Assembly: GCA_038861545.1 (NCBI GenBank)
Contig: JAWCCZ010000001.1
Span: 32,001-96,000, forward strand
Direction: 5' to 3'
Source: Thermofilaceae archaeon
GTDB lineage: Archaea; Thermoproteota; Thermoprotei; Thermofilales; Thermofilaceae
Length of the DNA stretch: 64,000 nucleotides
A program made the position numbers and the translations under genes. Below the pieces are notes generated by a model. The model was not told where the DNA came from. It saw only the letters and a program-made list of their open reading frames with translations, and ran no database searches. This document shows, piece by piece, positions 1-9,222 of the stretch (position 1 is its first letter; the number at the start of each line of letters is the position of its first letter).

Positions 1-432
1 AATTTTTATGAAAATTTATTGAAGAAAGATCTCTACCTGAGGATCCTTAGAAGAATATAAGGTCACCGTAAGGGGATACTTTTACTGTTATTATGGAGTT
101 TGAGAATGCTTTTAGGGGTGCGGTAGCTAATTCTTCAGAGATTATGTCATGGCTTTAATCCTGGCCCATGTGTATGGTGCATGCTGAAGTCTTATACTCT
201 TAAAAATAATTGTGAAACAGGAAGAGTGTTGCGATCCTGATAACGGAGCGCGAGAAACACCTTACATTCCAACTTGCCCTAGAGAGGGTGAAGTCTAGCA
301 AGCTAGGAACGGAGTGTAATGTACAAGGTGTTGGACCCTGTTTGTCATGTCTATAATGTACCAGAGCTAAGCTTAATGCTAGTATACTCCAGGTTTCATA
401 AGGCTTAAAAACACGACATGACACAGTGCTTG

Positions 433-1029
433 ATGTCTGAGTCTGAACTGAAAACATTAAGCGGGGAAAAAATCCTGATATTTGGGAAATGGGATTTAAG
501 CGAAGTAAAAGTTAGAGATAGGAGCCTTGAACCGTATATTTGCTTAAGGCCGACGCTCGCACCTCATAGCGAAGGGAGACATGAGAAGGCTAGGTTCATG
601 AAAGCTAAAGTGTGTATAGTAGAGCGTTTAATAAACCAAGTTATGCGACCTGGAAGAAATGCAGGCAAAAAAATGCTTGCTACCAACATTGTTAAGCGAA
701 CATTACAGATTATAGAATTAAAAACAGATCAAAACCCTGTTCAAGTTCTAGTTTGGGCTATAGAGAACGCATCACCTAGAGAAGAGACGACCAGGGTAGT
801 TTATGGAGGGATTCTCTACCATATATCAGTAGATGTTTCACCTCAAAGAAGAGTAGACTTAGCACTCAGATTTATATGTGAGGGAGCGAGGAATACATCT
901 TTTAACAATCCAAAACCAATAGAAGAATGCCTTGCGGACGAGATCATAGCCACTGCTTACGGAGATCCTTCGAGTTACGCTATACGGAGAAAAGAGGAAA
1001 TCGAAAGAATAGCTCTAGCCGCTAGGTAG
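433..1029 (+). CDS. rps7: 30S ribosomal protein S7
   Basis: Archaeal uS7 motifs ([46 protein letters not shown]). ORF track starts at 418; ATG 433 preferred because a TATA-like element lies at ~404-411. Confidence 0.97.
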   Translation: MSESELKTLSGEKILIFGKWDLSEVKVRDRSLEPYICLRPTLAPHSEGRHEKARFMKAKVCIVERLINQVMRPGRNAGKKMLATNIVKRTLQIIELKTDQNPVQVLVWAIENASPREETTRVVYGGILYHISVDVSPQRRVDLALRFICEGARNTSFNNPKPIEECLADEIIATAYGDPSSYAIRRKEEIERIALAAR

Positions 1030-1040
1030 ACTTAAGTAAA

Positions 1041-2486
1041 CTATCCTTTGACGACAGAGATAGGAATTAACCTTACAATTCTCTTAGCGATTCCAGTCCT
1101 ATCCGCTATTTCGGCAACTCTATCCACATCCTTATAAGCTCCAGGAGCTTCTTCTGCAACAACCGCCAAGCTGGCCGCTCGCACAACTATTCCCCTTCTT
1201 TCCAGAGTTTCTGCTATACTGCTTCCCCTATACTCCCTTTTAGCGGCTTCGCGGCTCAGTACTCTTCCTGCTCCATGCGGAGCAGAACCAAAAGTTAACT
1301 CCATAGATTTAGTCGTCCCAACAAGTATATAAGATGCAGTTCCCATGGAGCCAGGAATAAGCACTGGTTGCCCAATACTTCTGTATTTCTGTGTTACTAA
1401 CGCGTGTCCTGGTGGAAAAGCCCGTGTTGCACCTTTCCTGTGAACATATACAAGTTTTCGAATCCCCTCCACTATATGCTCTTCAAGTTTTGCAATATTA
1501 TGCGCTACATCATAAATGATATGCATGCCTAGGCTATCTGCAGACCTGCCGAGAACTTTCGAGAAAACTTCACGAGTCCAATGTGTTATTATCTGCCTAT
1601 TAGCCCAAGCAAAGTTAGCCGCGGCTTTCATTGCTGCAAAATAGTCTTCGGCTTCTCTACTTTTAGCTGGTACAGAAACCAATTCCCTATCGGGAAGGGG
1701 CATATTATATTTCCTTGAAGCCACCTCCATTACCTTAAGGTAATCGCTGCAGACTTGGTGGCCAAGTCCCCTTGAACCTGTGTGCACCATAACCGTGACT
1801 TGCCCTATATGAGTTATTCCGAGTGTTTCAGCAACCTTGGGATCATATATCTTATCTACAACTTGTATTTCTAGGAAATGGTTACCGCTACCAAGGGTTC
1901 CTAATTGTCCCCTGCCACGGTCTTTCGCTACTCCTGATACTTTCATTGGATCAGCCCCCTCCATTGACCCTCTCTCCTCAGTGTATTCAGGGTCTTCATT
2001 CCACCCGTAGCCTCTTTCAACAGCCCATTCAGCCCCCTCAGCCAACACCCTATCAAGCTCTGGCATGCTAAGACTAAACTTACCTTTGGATCCAAGCCCT
2101 GAAGGTATATGTTTAAACAAGTATTCCGCAAGATCCTTTAAATGAGGTTTTATTTCCTCATAGGTTAGCTCAGTTCTAAGTATCCGAACGCCGCAGTTAA
2201 TATCATAGCCAACTCCACCTGGACTAAGAACACCCTCTTCACAGTCAAATGCTGCTACCCCACCTATAGGAAACCCATAGCCCTGATGCCCATCAGGAAG
2301 CACTATTGAATACTTGTAGATTCCAGGTAGCATGGCAACATTGGCAGCTTGTTCCAAAGTAAGATCGCTTTGCATTTTCTGTAGCAGGAGTTCGTCAGCA
2401 AATACTCGTGCAGGAACTCTCATTCCTCTTTTATAGTTTTGCGGGATTTCCCAGACAACATCCTCAAGTCTCTTGAGGACTACCAT
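1041..2486 (-). CDS. rtcB: tRNA-splicing/RNA repair ligase RtcB
   Basis: PDGHQGYGFPIGGV, VGYDINCG, LGTLGSGNHFLE, HTGSRG, HRKGAT, PGSMG and HGAGR motifs; no intein. Confidence 0.97.
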   Translation of the reverse strand: MVVLKRLEDVVWEIPQNYKRGMRVPARVFADELLLQKMQSDLTLEQAANVAMLPGIYKYSIVLPDGHQGYGFPIGGVAAFDCEEGVLSPGGVGYDINCGVRILRTELTYEEIKPHLKDLAEYLFKHIPSGLGSKGKFSLSMPELDRVLAEGAEWAVERGYGWNEDPEYTEERGSMEGADPMKVSGVAKDRGRGQLGTLGSGNHFLEIQVVDKIYDPKVAETLGITHIGQVTVMVHTGSRGLGHQVCSDYLKVMEVASRKYNMPLPDRELVSVPAKSREAEDYFAAMKAAANFAWANRQIITHWTREVFSKVLGRSADSLGMHIIYDVAHNIAKLEEHIVEGIRKLVYVHRKGATRAFPPGHALVTQKYRSIGQPVLIPGSMGTASYILVGTTKSMELTFGSAPHGAGRVLSREAAKREYRGSSIAETLERRGIVVRAASLAVVAEEAPGAYKDVDRVAEIADRTGIAKRIVRLIPISVVKG

Positions 2487-2551
2487 AAGTATCGTTTTTT
2501 AGAAGTTCTATTATTTAAAAACATTTTTATTGTGAAAAAATAAAAATTCTT

Positions 2552-2938
2552 ATGCAAGCATTTTTAAAAAGAAGGGTGACTAGGGAGGAGCTTCTAATGA
2601 TAGATAAAGATCTTGGAATAGAGTTTGAAGAGGCGAGACCAAAGGATCTAGTAGCCGTTTATGAGGAAGAAGGTGAATGCACTTATACAATAGTGGAGGA
2701 AGTACCCTTAAACATTTTAAGAAAGATATTAAGTCCAGGGATTATCGAGCTACTTGAAGTGCTCAAAACTTATAAGAATGTGAATCTAAGTGATACGGCT
2801 AGATTACTTAATAGATCGCCGTCAAATGTTTACGTGGATCTTAAGCTACTCGCGATGCATCGTATAATTCACCTCGAAAAACTTGGAAAACAAGTTATAC
2901 CATATTTACTGCTCGATGAAATAAAAGTAATACCATGA
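2552..2938 (+). CDS. Winged HTH protein (HVO_A0114/ArsR-like)
   Basis: C-terminal wHTH (ILSPGIIELL..NLSDTARLLNRSPSNVYVDLKLL..G KQVIP). Confidence 0.6.
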   Translation: MQAFLKRRVTREELLMIDKDLGIEFEEARPKDLVAVYEEEGECTYTIVEEVPLNILRKILSPGIIELLEVLKTYKNVNLSDTARLLNRSPSNVYVDLKLLAMHRIIHLEKLGKQVIPYLLLDEIKVIP

Positions 2939-2975
2939 AGAGCTTCTCGCAGAATTTACTCGGTACATTAATAAA

Positions 2976-3032
2976 AGGGTCCGTTGAGGTGCATTTCCTC
3001 ATCAATCAGTGCAGGTCAATATCTTCATTCAA
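2976..3032 (-). ncRNA. Box C/D 2'-O-methylation guide sRNA (16S helix 34)
   Basis: Minus strand: C ATGAAGA, guide TATTGACCTGC, D' CTGA, C' TGATGA, guide ATGCACCTC, D CGGA. Guides complement 16S 16430-16440 and 16275-16283. Confidence 0.85.
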
Positions 3033-3050
3033 GTACTGTAATTGACAGCT

Positions 3051-3066
3051 GACTTTATACTTTTCG
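3051..3066 (-). promoter_or_regulatory. BRE-TATA promoter of the C/D sRNA
   Basis: Minus strand CGAAAAGTATAAAG about 25 nt upstream of the C box. Confidence 0.55.
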
Positions 3067-3098
3067 ATACATTAGCGAAGATGAAGTTGAACAACTAA

Positions 3099-3193
3099 TG
3101 GGCCCGCCGGGATTTGAACCCGGGACCTCCCGCGCACTGAGCAGGATTGGCCTACTCGTCAGGCGGGCATCCTAGCCGCTAGACTACGGGCCC
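3099..3193 (-). tRNA. tRNA-Val(GAC) with 22-nt intron at 37/38 (intron 3135-3156)
   Basis: Cloverleaf GGGCCCG/CGGGCCC, anticodon stem CCCGC/GCGGG, loop CTGACG^C, T-loop TTCAAAT. Perfect bulge-helix-bulge (CTGA:TCAG helix, 3-nt bulges). CCA not encoded. Confidence 0.95.
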
Positions 3194-3258
3194 TTTACAC
3201 ACACCGGTATTCTTTGAGGGTTATATTGTTTACCTGCAGTATTGATATAATTTATTGG

Positions 3259-3690
3259 CTATATATCTACTACAAACCTTACAACAACTTTACTATTTTT
3301 TGAAGAAATCTCCATTAAGTGATAAGTTACTGCTTTAACTAGAGTTCTGGACTCATGCTTCTCACCACTGTACTGCTCGCCTGCTGCAATACCATATAGC
3401 TTGAAGATCTCTTCTTTCTTCTCTATTTTTTCAACTTTAAATTTAGAGAAAAGAATTTGCTCTGTATCGAATAGTATTAATAATTTTTCGATCCAGTTGT
3501 ACAGTAAAGATTCAAGGTCACCCCCCTCTACTTCGATCCGTTTTTCTTCTTCCGGCTTGACAAGCGACGTATTTGTCATTACCTCGAAAACTCCTAAAGC
3601 AGCATACTCAAAAGCTTCCTCTATACTATCACCCCAAGCTTCTATCAGTACATCTGCAGTGTGTGAAAGGTGTTTAAACCCCCCCGTCAT
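3259..3690 (-). CDS. Archease (RtcB activator)
   Basis: HTADV..EAWG..EEAF N-terminus and VKAVTYH...VVDI C-terminus. Confidence 0.95.
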   Translation of the reverse strand: MTGGFKHLSHTADVLIEAWGDSIEEAFEYAALGVFEVMTNTSLVKPEEEKRIEVEGGDLESLLYNWIEKLLILFDTEQILFSKFKVEKIEKKEEIFKLYGIAAGEQYSGEKHESRTLVKAVTYHLMEISSKNSKVVVRFVVDI

Positions 3691-3759
3691 AGCTCAACAT
3701 ATTTCCTTACAAGTCATTATCTTTAAAACCATGTCACAACTTCCCATGATGAGATTTCG

Positions 3760-4872
3760 ATGGACGTGAGCGGAATCTTTGATCTAATAACGTTTCTTGT
3801 AGTGTTGACCTTCTTCTCATACATATCGAGAGAACTTGAAATCCGCCGTATAATTAATGAAGTGGAGTTTTACCTGACCTTATTTAAAGCAGCTAGAGAT
3901 CGTGCTACTCAGTCCGTTACTAGAAAGTTCAATGAAGTAATAGCTAGAGCGCAACGCCGTGTTAACCTGAATATAGTTGAAGAGAAAGTTAGAGATCTGT
4001 TAGAAACTTTTGCTATAGAACCGGAAGCTTTAGATCCTTTTGGAGTGGTCAAGAAAGTGAAGTTGATGTTAAGAACAGAAGAGGCTGCTATTAAGAATGA
4101 AATTTCCCGCGTTGCCCCTAATGCCGATAAAAGTGAAGTAGAAGTTTTGACTGGCATGGTGGAAGTTTCAAGAGGACTTAATCTACTGTATAAAACTATC
4201 AACCATCTCTACATTCAAGCAAAGAAATTTAAAAGTTACTGGATGCTATTGCAATTGGATGCGCTCTTACCTTATATTGCTGATGAGGTTAAAGCATACG
4301 AGAGTGCAATCTATGCTTTAACAAGTCGAGTTCCAATCGGCGACTCTGTGGGACCATTGCTAGTAGCGCTGCTTTCAAAAGAGTTAAAAGCGATTCCTAT
4401 CCAGGTAGACGTTAACGATACAACCATATACTTAACTGATTTCGAAGGTCGTCAAGTATTGTTGGTAAAAGCTGAAGGGCCTGGAAGCAGTGTGGGCAGA
4501 TATGATGAAGCATTAAAAAGGTTATTGACAACATGGGGGGCAGCAGTTACTTTAGTTATAACTGTGGATGCAGCTCTAAAGCTTGAAGGGGAAATAAGTG
4601 GTGGGTTAGCTGAAGGCTATGGTGTAGCGATTGGAGGCACCGGCGTGGAGAAGTATGGAATTGAAGAAGTATTAGCGGAATATGGCCTGCGGCCTTATGC
4701 ACTTATCATAAAAATGGCATCCGAGGAGGCATTATCTCCACTTTCTAAAGATTTGTATGATGCATGTATGAAAGCTAAAGAGAGAGTAAAAGCCATGATC
4801 CTAGAAGCTACCAAGTATGGCGAAGCAGTAATTGTAATAGGAGTTGGGAATACTTTGGGTGTTGGTAACTAA
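3760..4872 (+). CDS. DUF1512 family protein
   Basis: N-terminal TM helix; PIGDSVGPL, VKAEGPGS.VG, ITVDAALKLEGE and IGVGNTLGVG motifs. Confidence 0.8.
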   Translation: MDVSGIFDLITFLVVLTFFSYISRELEIRRIINEVEFYLTLFKAARDRATQSVTRKFNEVIARAQRRVNLNIVEEKVRDLLETFAIEPEALDPFGVVKKVKLMLRTEEAAIKNEISRVAPNADKSEVEVLTGMVEVSRGLNLLYKTINHLYIQAKKFKSYWMLLQLDALLPYIADEVKAYESAIYALTSRVPIGDSVGPLLVALLSKELKAIPIQVDVNDTTIYLTDFEGRQVLLVKAEGPGSSVGRYDEALKRLLTTWGAAVTLVITVDAALKLEGEISGGLAEGYGVAIGGTGVEKYGIEEVLAEYGLRPYALIIKMASEEALSPLSKDLYDACMKAKERVKAMILEATKYGEAVIVIGVGNTLGVGN

Positions 4873-4899
4873 TTTCAACTTAAATTTACGGTGTAGCAA

Positions 4900-5832
4900 T
4901 CACTGTTTAAATAGTTCTAGAACATTTGTAGTATTTAAAACTCCTTTCTGGGTTAGAACTAAGGTATCTTCAAACTGAGCTACTATTCCATTTCCTGCTT
5001 CTCTCAATACAGGGTAAAATTGAATCCTTCGCTTTGAGACAAGCTTCCTAAGCGCGTCTATACCACTTTCACCCCATTCCCTGTAAACCCATCTTTCTGA
5101 GAACGGTAGTCCCCTGTATCGACGCCAGAGTTCTCTAAGCAAGAAGTCAAGATAATCGTCACCCGTAACCTTCAAAGCTAACACCCTGTATATAGTACCT
5201 TCTTCTTCCTCTATTACATAACCCCTTCCATTTGTCACAAATGGTTCAACTGCGTATACTTCGCCGGTATTCGCTTTACCGCACACCCCAGAACGTACGT
5301 TTGGTACGCACTTACCCGAGTGGAGTAAGTATCTCGACATGGAGTGTCCACTTAGGTTTTTTATGGGTTTGAACCCCGCCGTAGTAACCGCTATTTCAAT
5401 TCTTTTACCAACCTCGCCCAGGTCTACTCCGGGTCTTAAGACTTGTTCTGCCTCTCGAAGAGCCTTCTTTGCGGTTTCAACTAATGGAGTGTGAGATAAG
5501 CCCAATGTAATAGTAATTGCCGCATCGGCAATGAAGCCATCTATACTAGCTCCTAGGTCGATTTTTACTACAGCGGGAAGCTGTAAAATGACCTGGTCTT
5601 TAACCTTGGGTGAGTAGTGCGCGGCAATATCGTTCACTGAAATATTTACTGGGAATGCCGGTTCAGCTCCAAGTTGTCTAACATAGTTCTCCAAGTCCTC
5701 TGCGAGATGAAGCAATAAGGATCCTTCATCAATTATATCTATAGCCTTTCCTAAAGCTTTATGGGCCACCTCTCCTGCTGCTACCCATTTTTCTAGTTCC
5801 TCACTCACGAGGTTACTTATAAGGGGAAGCAA
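4900..5832 (-). CDS. map: Methionine aminopeptidase type II
   Basis: AFPVNIS.N..AAHY, KIDLG..IDGFIADAA, NLSGH, AVEPF and AQFEDT motifs; true start may be GTG 5808. Confidence 0.95.
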   Translation of the reverse strand: MLPLISNLVSEELEKWVAAGEVAHKALGKAIDIIDEGSLLLHLAEDLENYVRQLGAEPAFPVNISVNDIAAHYSPKVKDQVILQLPAVVKIDLGASIDGFIADAAITITLGLSHTPLVETAKKALREAEQVLRPGVDLGEVGKRIEIAVTTAGFKPIKNLSGHSMSRYLLHSGKCVPNVRSGVCGKANTGEVYAVEPFVTNGRGYVIEEEEGTIYRVLALKVTGDDYLDFLLRELWRRYRGLPFSERWVYREWGESGIDALRKLVSKRRIQFYPVLREAGNGIVAQFEDTLVLTQKGVLNTTNVLELFKQ

Positions 5833-5861
5833 AATATATTCCTCATCTAGCGAGAAACCGT

Positions 5862-6503
5862 ATGGGATTGGAGGAATCGATTGAAGAAGTGCGCAAATTA
5901 CTTGAAAACGAGGATGAAGTAAGAGAAAGGATTCTTTCTTTAACTAGGGAAATTATTAGAGGAGCTAGGCGAATAGTGTTTAAAGTTCATGGAGGAGATA
6001 TAGTATCTGCCGAAAAGGAACTTACGGAAACTGAGAAGTATGTGAGTGAGCTAGAGAAGTATAAGTTTCTCCATCCCCGACTTTTCTATACCGGGTCCGT
6101 TAGTGCCGCATTGGTCGAGTATGTGGAGGCACGTTTAATACTTGAGTATGAGAAAACGGATAAGCTTCCTAGTTTTGAGGAGCTTAAGGTAGAGCCGGTG
6201 CACTATTTGCTAGGTCTTGCAGACTTTGGAGGGGAGCTAAGACGACTAATGGTCAGGTGTCTTAGCACAGGCGATTATTCGGGAGCCGTGCGGGCGCTGA
6301 AGATAATGGAAAAAGTCTACAAGGGATTAATCACTCTAGCGCTTCCGGATGCATTAGTACCGGGATTGCGTAGAAAGGTCGATATTCTTCGAGGAGTTTT
6401 TGAAAGCTCAATGCGAGATCTATTATACTACAGTATTAGCAATGATGTAGAAAATTCTATAAGAGATCTCATAAAAATTCTTAAAAATGAAAGAGAGATT
6501 TAA
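5862..6503 (+). CDS. Translin/Trax family RNA-binding protein
   Basis: DEVRE...TREII, EYVEA, YLLGLADFGGELRR, LRRKVD motifs. Confidence 0.9.
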   Translation: MGLEESIEEVRKLLENEDEVRERILSLTREIIRGARRIVFKVHGGDIVSAEKELTETEKYVSELEKYKFLHPRLFYTGSVSAALVEYVEARLILEYEKTDKLPSFEELKVEPVHYLLGLADFGGELRRLMVRCLSTGDYSGAVRALKIMEKVYKGLITLALPDALVPGLRRKVDILRGVFESSMRDLLYYSISNDVENSIRDLIKILKNEREI

Positions 6504-7167
6504 CCGAAGTTTCATCAACATAAATAGACTTAGGACAGCTCAAAAAATAATATCGGAAAAAGTCATCGAAGTAGACGTCTTGCCACCACATATTGAGTTA
6601 GTCTGTGGCGTAGATATAGCTTACACAGGTAACCTAGCGGTTTCGGCAGCAGTGACTGTAGATACTCATAGGCTTACTCCAGTAAGCAAAGCAACAGCCA
6701 TCCTAGAGGTAAAGTTCCCGTATATACCAACCCTTTTAGCTTTCAGGGAAGCTGGTCCGATGATAGTAGCTATCCGCAGACTTAAAACTCACCCACAAGT
6801 CATTATAGTTGACGGCAACGGCAGGCTTCATCCATTCGGAGCTGGTGTGGCATCTCAGGTCGGCCTAGCCCTGAACTTACCAACAATTGGAGTTGCGAAG
6901 AAACTCTTATGTGGAAACATTAGTGAATGGGAAGGTGAAATTGCACCGATTTTACTCGAAGGGAGAACTGTTGGCGTTGCACTTAAAATGTCTAGCAACA
7001 GTAAACCAATATACGTTAGTGTAGGCCATATGATATCTCTCACTACAGCAGTAAAACTTGTCAAGCAGTTAACCCGAGCTGGTTTTCGATTACCTGAGCC
7101 ATTGAGGCTTGCCCATATAGAAGCTACAAACCTGGCTCGTTGTTTAAAAGCAGTTTCACAATGTTAG
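6487..7167 (+). CDS. nfi: Endonuclease V
   Basis: GVDIAY, FPYIPTLLAFRE, VDGNGRLHP, PTIGVAKK, PIYVSVGH and PEPLRLAH motifs. Confidence 0.95.
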   Translation: MKERFNRSFININRLRTAQKIISEKVIEVDVLPPHIELVCGVDIAYTGNLAVSAAVTVDTHRLTPVSKATAILEVKFPYIPTLLAFREAGPMIVAIRRLKTHPQVIIVDGNGRLHPFGAGVASQVGLALNLPTIGVAKKLLCGNISEWEGEIAPILLEGRTVGVALKMSSNSKPIYVSVGHMISLTTAVKLVKQLTRAGFRLPEPLRLAHIEATNLARCLKAVSQC

Positions 7168-7810
7168 AGCTAGAAGTAAGTCCATCTTGAATTCGTTCAT
7201 GAATTTTAACTATTTTTATAGGAATTCTTAAGTTTTCAATAGATTTTTTAACCATTTCTTCAATCACTGCTTGATCCGGACCTAGGAGTATTATGTCTGG
7301 CTTTAAGCTTTGGAGAGTGCCCTCAATATCTAGTGGTTCACTACCTAAATACGCTTCATCAACATATCTGATGCTTCTAATAACTTCGAGTCTTTGCTTC
7401 TCCGGAATCATCGGTTTACGCCCTTTAAGTCTGATTATGGTGGAATCACGAGCTACAATAACTACTACTGTACCAAGCTCCCTTGCTTTTCTTAGTAAGT
7501 ATAGATGACCAGGATGCACTATTTCGAAAGTGCCGCCCACCAATACCCTCGGCGGTTTATGAGCTGGCCACTGCACCTTTATAAAACCTAGGATGGATAA
7601 AGCATCTAATAAACCTTCAGCATAAGATGAGCAGGCTATACTTGTCACCGGATCTCTCCGTTCAAGGTAAAACTCAGCATCTCTTAGATACCTACTAGCT
7701 TCTTCAATCACACACCTCACATTATCAACGTTAACATTTTCAAGATTATGAAGTGCCACCTTAAGGTTTTCAATATAATTCTTAGCTTTTTCTACAGCTG
7801 TTAAGTCCAT
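7124..7810 (-). CDS. ribL: DUF357 domain fused to FAD synthetase (RibL-type cytidylyltransferase)
   Basis: N-terminal DUF357 (ASRYLRDAEFYL...SYAEGLLDAL) plus GGTFEIVHPGH, VARDS, PDIILLGPDQ and SSS motifs. Confidence 0.8.
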   Translation of the reverse strand: MDLTAVEKAKNYIENLKVALHNLENVNVDNVRCVIEEASRYLRDAEFYLERRDPVTSIACSSYAEGLLDALSILGFIKVQWPAHKPPRVLVGGTFEIVHPGHLYLLRKARELGTVVVIVARDSTIIRLKGRKPMIPEKQRLEVIRSIRYVDEAYLGSEPLDIEGTLQSLKPDIILLGPDQAVIEEMVKKSIENLRIPIKIVKIHERIQDGLTSSSNIVKLLLNNEPGL

Positions 7811-7860
7811 ACAATTCTCAGTATAATAAGGGGGTTATTGTACTAACGCATAAATAGTGT

Positions 7861-8739
7861 TTAGAAAGTTTCATCGATATCTAAACCTTTATCACCATTA
7901 GTCAATCCATTATATGAAGTATTTGTATACATTAGCGAAACAACACGTTTATTCCAATCAACAAGTAGAGCTTCAGACACGCTTGTAAGAGCCTGTAGGA
8001 TCTCCATTTCAACGGGGTTAAGGCGTCCAGGCACCACTAGTGAATGAGGCGGTGGTCCTAGATCAATTAATTCGCCCAATTTCATTACTTTTACAGATTC
8101 GTCTGGACTAGTAGCTCTAGCCACCGCTATAAAAGGCGTTCTCTCGTCTATTATGCCAAGTTTCTCTTTTTCCTCAAGTAATCGCAGAATTTCAATGGCT
8201 TCACAGGCTGTCATAGCATACCCTTTTTCAACATCTAAGTCTAGCAAAAATAACGTGTGAAGTCCTCTGATCAAATTCTCGTAAAAGACGTGGTAGGGCG
8301 TAGATGGGAAATAGCTTGGAGTAGGCTTTATAATGGTGACCGGTCTACCCATTTTATAGATATGTAAGCCGGTTGAGGCAAGTACAGCATTAATCACCGA
8401 AGGGGCTGGTAAAGCTACAACCTTTACACCTTGTTTAATTGCTGTTAGTCGTATAACGTTATGAGTAGTTGCTACAAATGGATCACCTGGAACCAGCAAA
8501 ACAATATCTTCGTGTTTAGCATCATACACAATTTGGTTGAGCTGATCCCCCTCTAACTGGCTTCGTCTTAACACCTGTATATTTTTACCTATAATTTTTT
8601 CAAGTTCTTCAAGCTTAAAGTCAGGCATCAAACTTGTGTAAAATTCTATAAAGACTTTGCTTGATCTACACAACATTTCAAGTGTACCCATGCTTATATC
8701 TCTCAAATTGTATAAGCCTAAACCTGCTATAACTAACAC
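7861..8739 (-). CDS. dph5: Diphthine synthase
   Basis: GLGL, EFYTS, GDPFVATTH, GLHIYKMG, GLHTLFLLD, GPPPHSLVVPG motifs. Confidence 0.95.
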   Translation of the reverse strand: MLVIAGLGLYNLRDISMGTLEMLCRSSKVFIEFYTSLMPDFKLEELEKIIGKNIQVLRRSQLEGDQLNQIVYDAKHEDIVLLVPGDPFVATTHNVIRLTAIKQGVKVVALPAPSVINAVLASTGLHIYKMGRPVTIIKPTPSYFPSTPYHVFYENLIRGLHTLFLLDLDVEKGYAMTACEAIEILRLLEEKEKLGIIDERTPFIAVARATSPDESVKVMKLGELIDLGPPPHSLVVPGRLNPVEMEILQALTSVSEALLVDWNKRVVSLMYTNTSYNGLTNGDKGLDIDETF

Positions 8740-8798
8740 AATTATTCGTTTTTTCTTTAAGAAAAATTTTTACGCTTCCTTAACGTCCGTTCCATAGC

Positions 8799-8923
8799 GC
8801 GGGGGTGCCCGAGCTAGGTCAAAGGGGGCGGTCCAGCAACGGCTGGGCCCAAACTCAGGATCTAGTTAGGGATGAGATCTCCGCTGGCGGAGGCCTGCCC
8901 GGGTTCGAATCCCGGCCCCCGCA
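8799..8923 (+). tRNA. tRNA-Leu(CAG) with two introns (8832-8852 at 30/31; 8860-8878 at 37/38)
   Basis: GCGGGGG/CCCCCGC acceptor, long variable arm, TTCGAAT T-loop. Removing both inserts gives GCGGA-CTCAGGC-TCCGC. Both junctions fold as BHB-type motifs. Confidence 0.9.
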
Positions 8924-9222
8924 TACTTCCTGTCACACTACGTTACCGTACTGAAAATAGTTGTTATAGAAGAAAAAGGTCTGTAGTCTTAATATTAAAC
9001 CATAGTATCAGAAAATAACTTTTAAGATTTTCACTTCTGTAAGGGAAATCCTTATCAGCGTTTAGTAAAGAAATCGTCTACTGATTTTTTATCTCTAATA
9101 CCAAGGTAGTTTCAAAATACATTTCAAAAATTATAATTGAACACTATAGCACCTATTTCACAGCAGAGTCTAGCTGAATTATCAGAAAAAAATAAAACTA
9201 TTCTAAGCTTGCGGTACTAGTC

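Noticed and set aside
1-417. Non-coding stretch upstream of rps7, including the 85-aa minus ORF and a 28-codon Cys-containing frame near 212
   Set aside because: No rps12 sequence, recognisable motif, repeat or RNA structure.
3746-3785. ATGATGA C-box-like motif at the start of the DUF1512 gene
   Set aside because: No properly spaced D'/C'/D boxes and only a 7-nt rRNA match.
8924-9222. 300-bp gap 3' of tRNA-Leu as a possible integration site or lost rpl39e/rpl31e/eIF6 genes
   Set aside because: No tRNA-end duplication, ORF remnant or repeat could be recognised.
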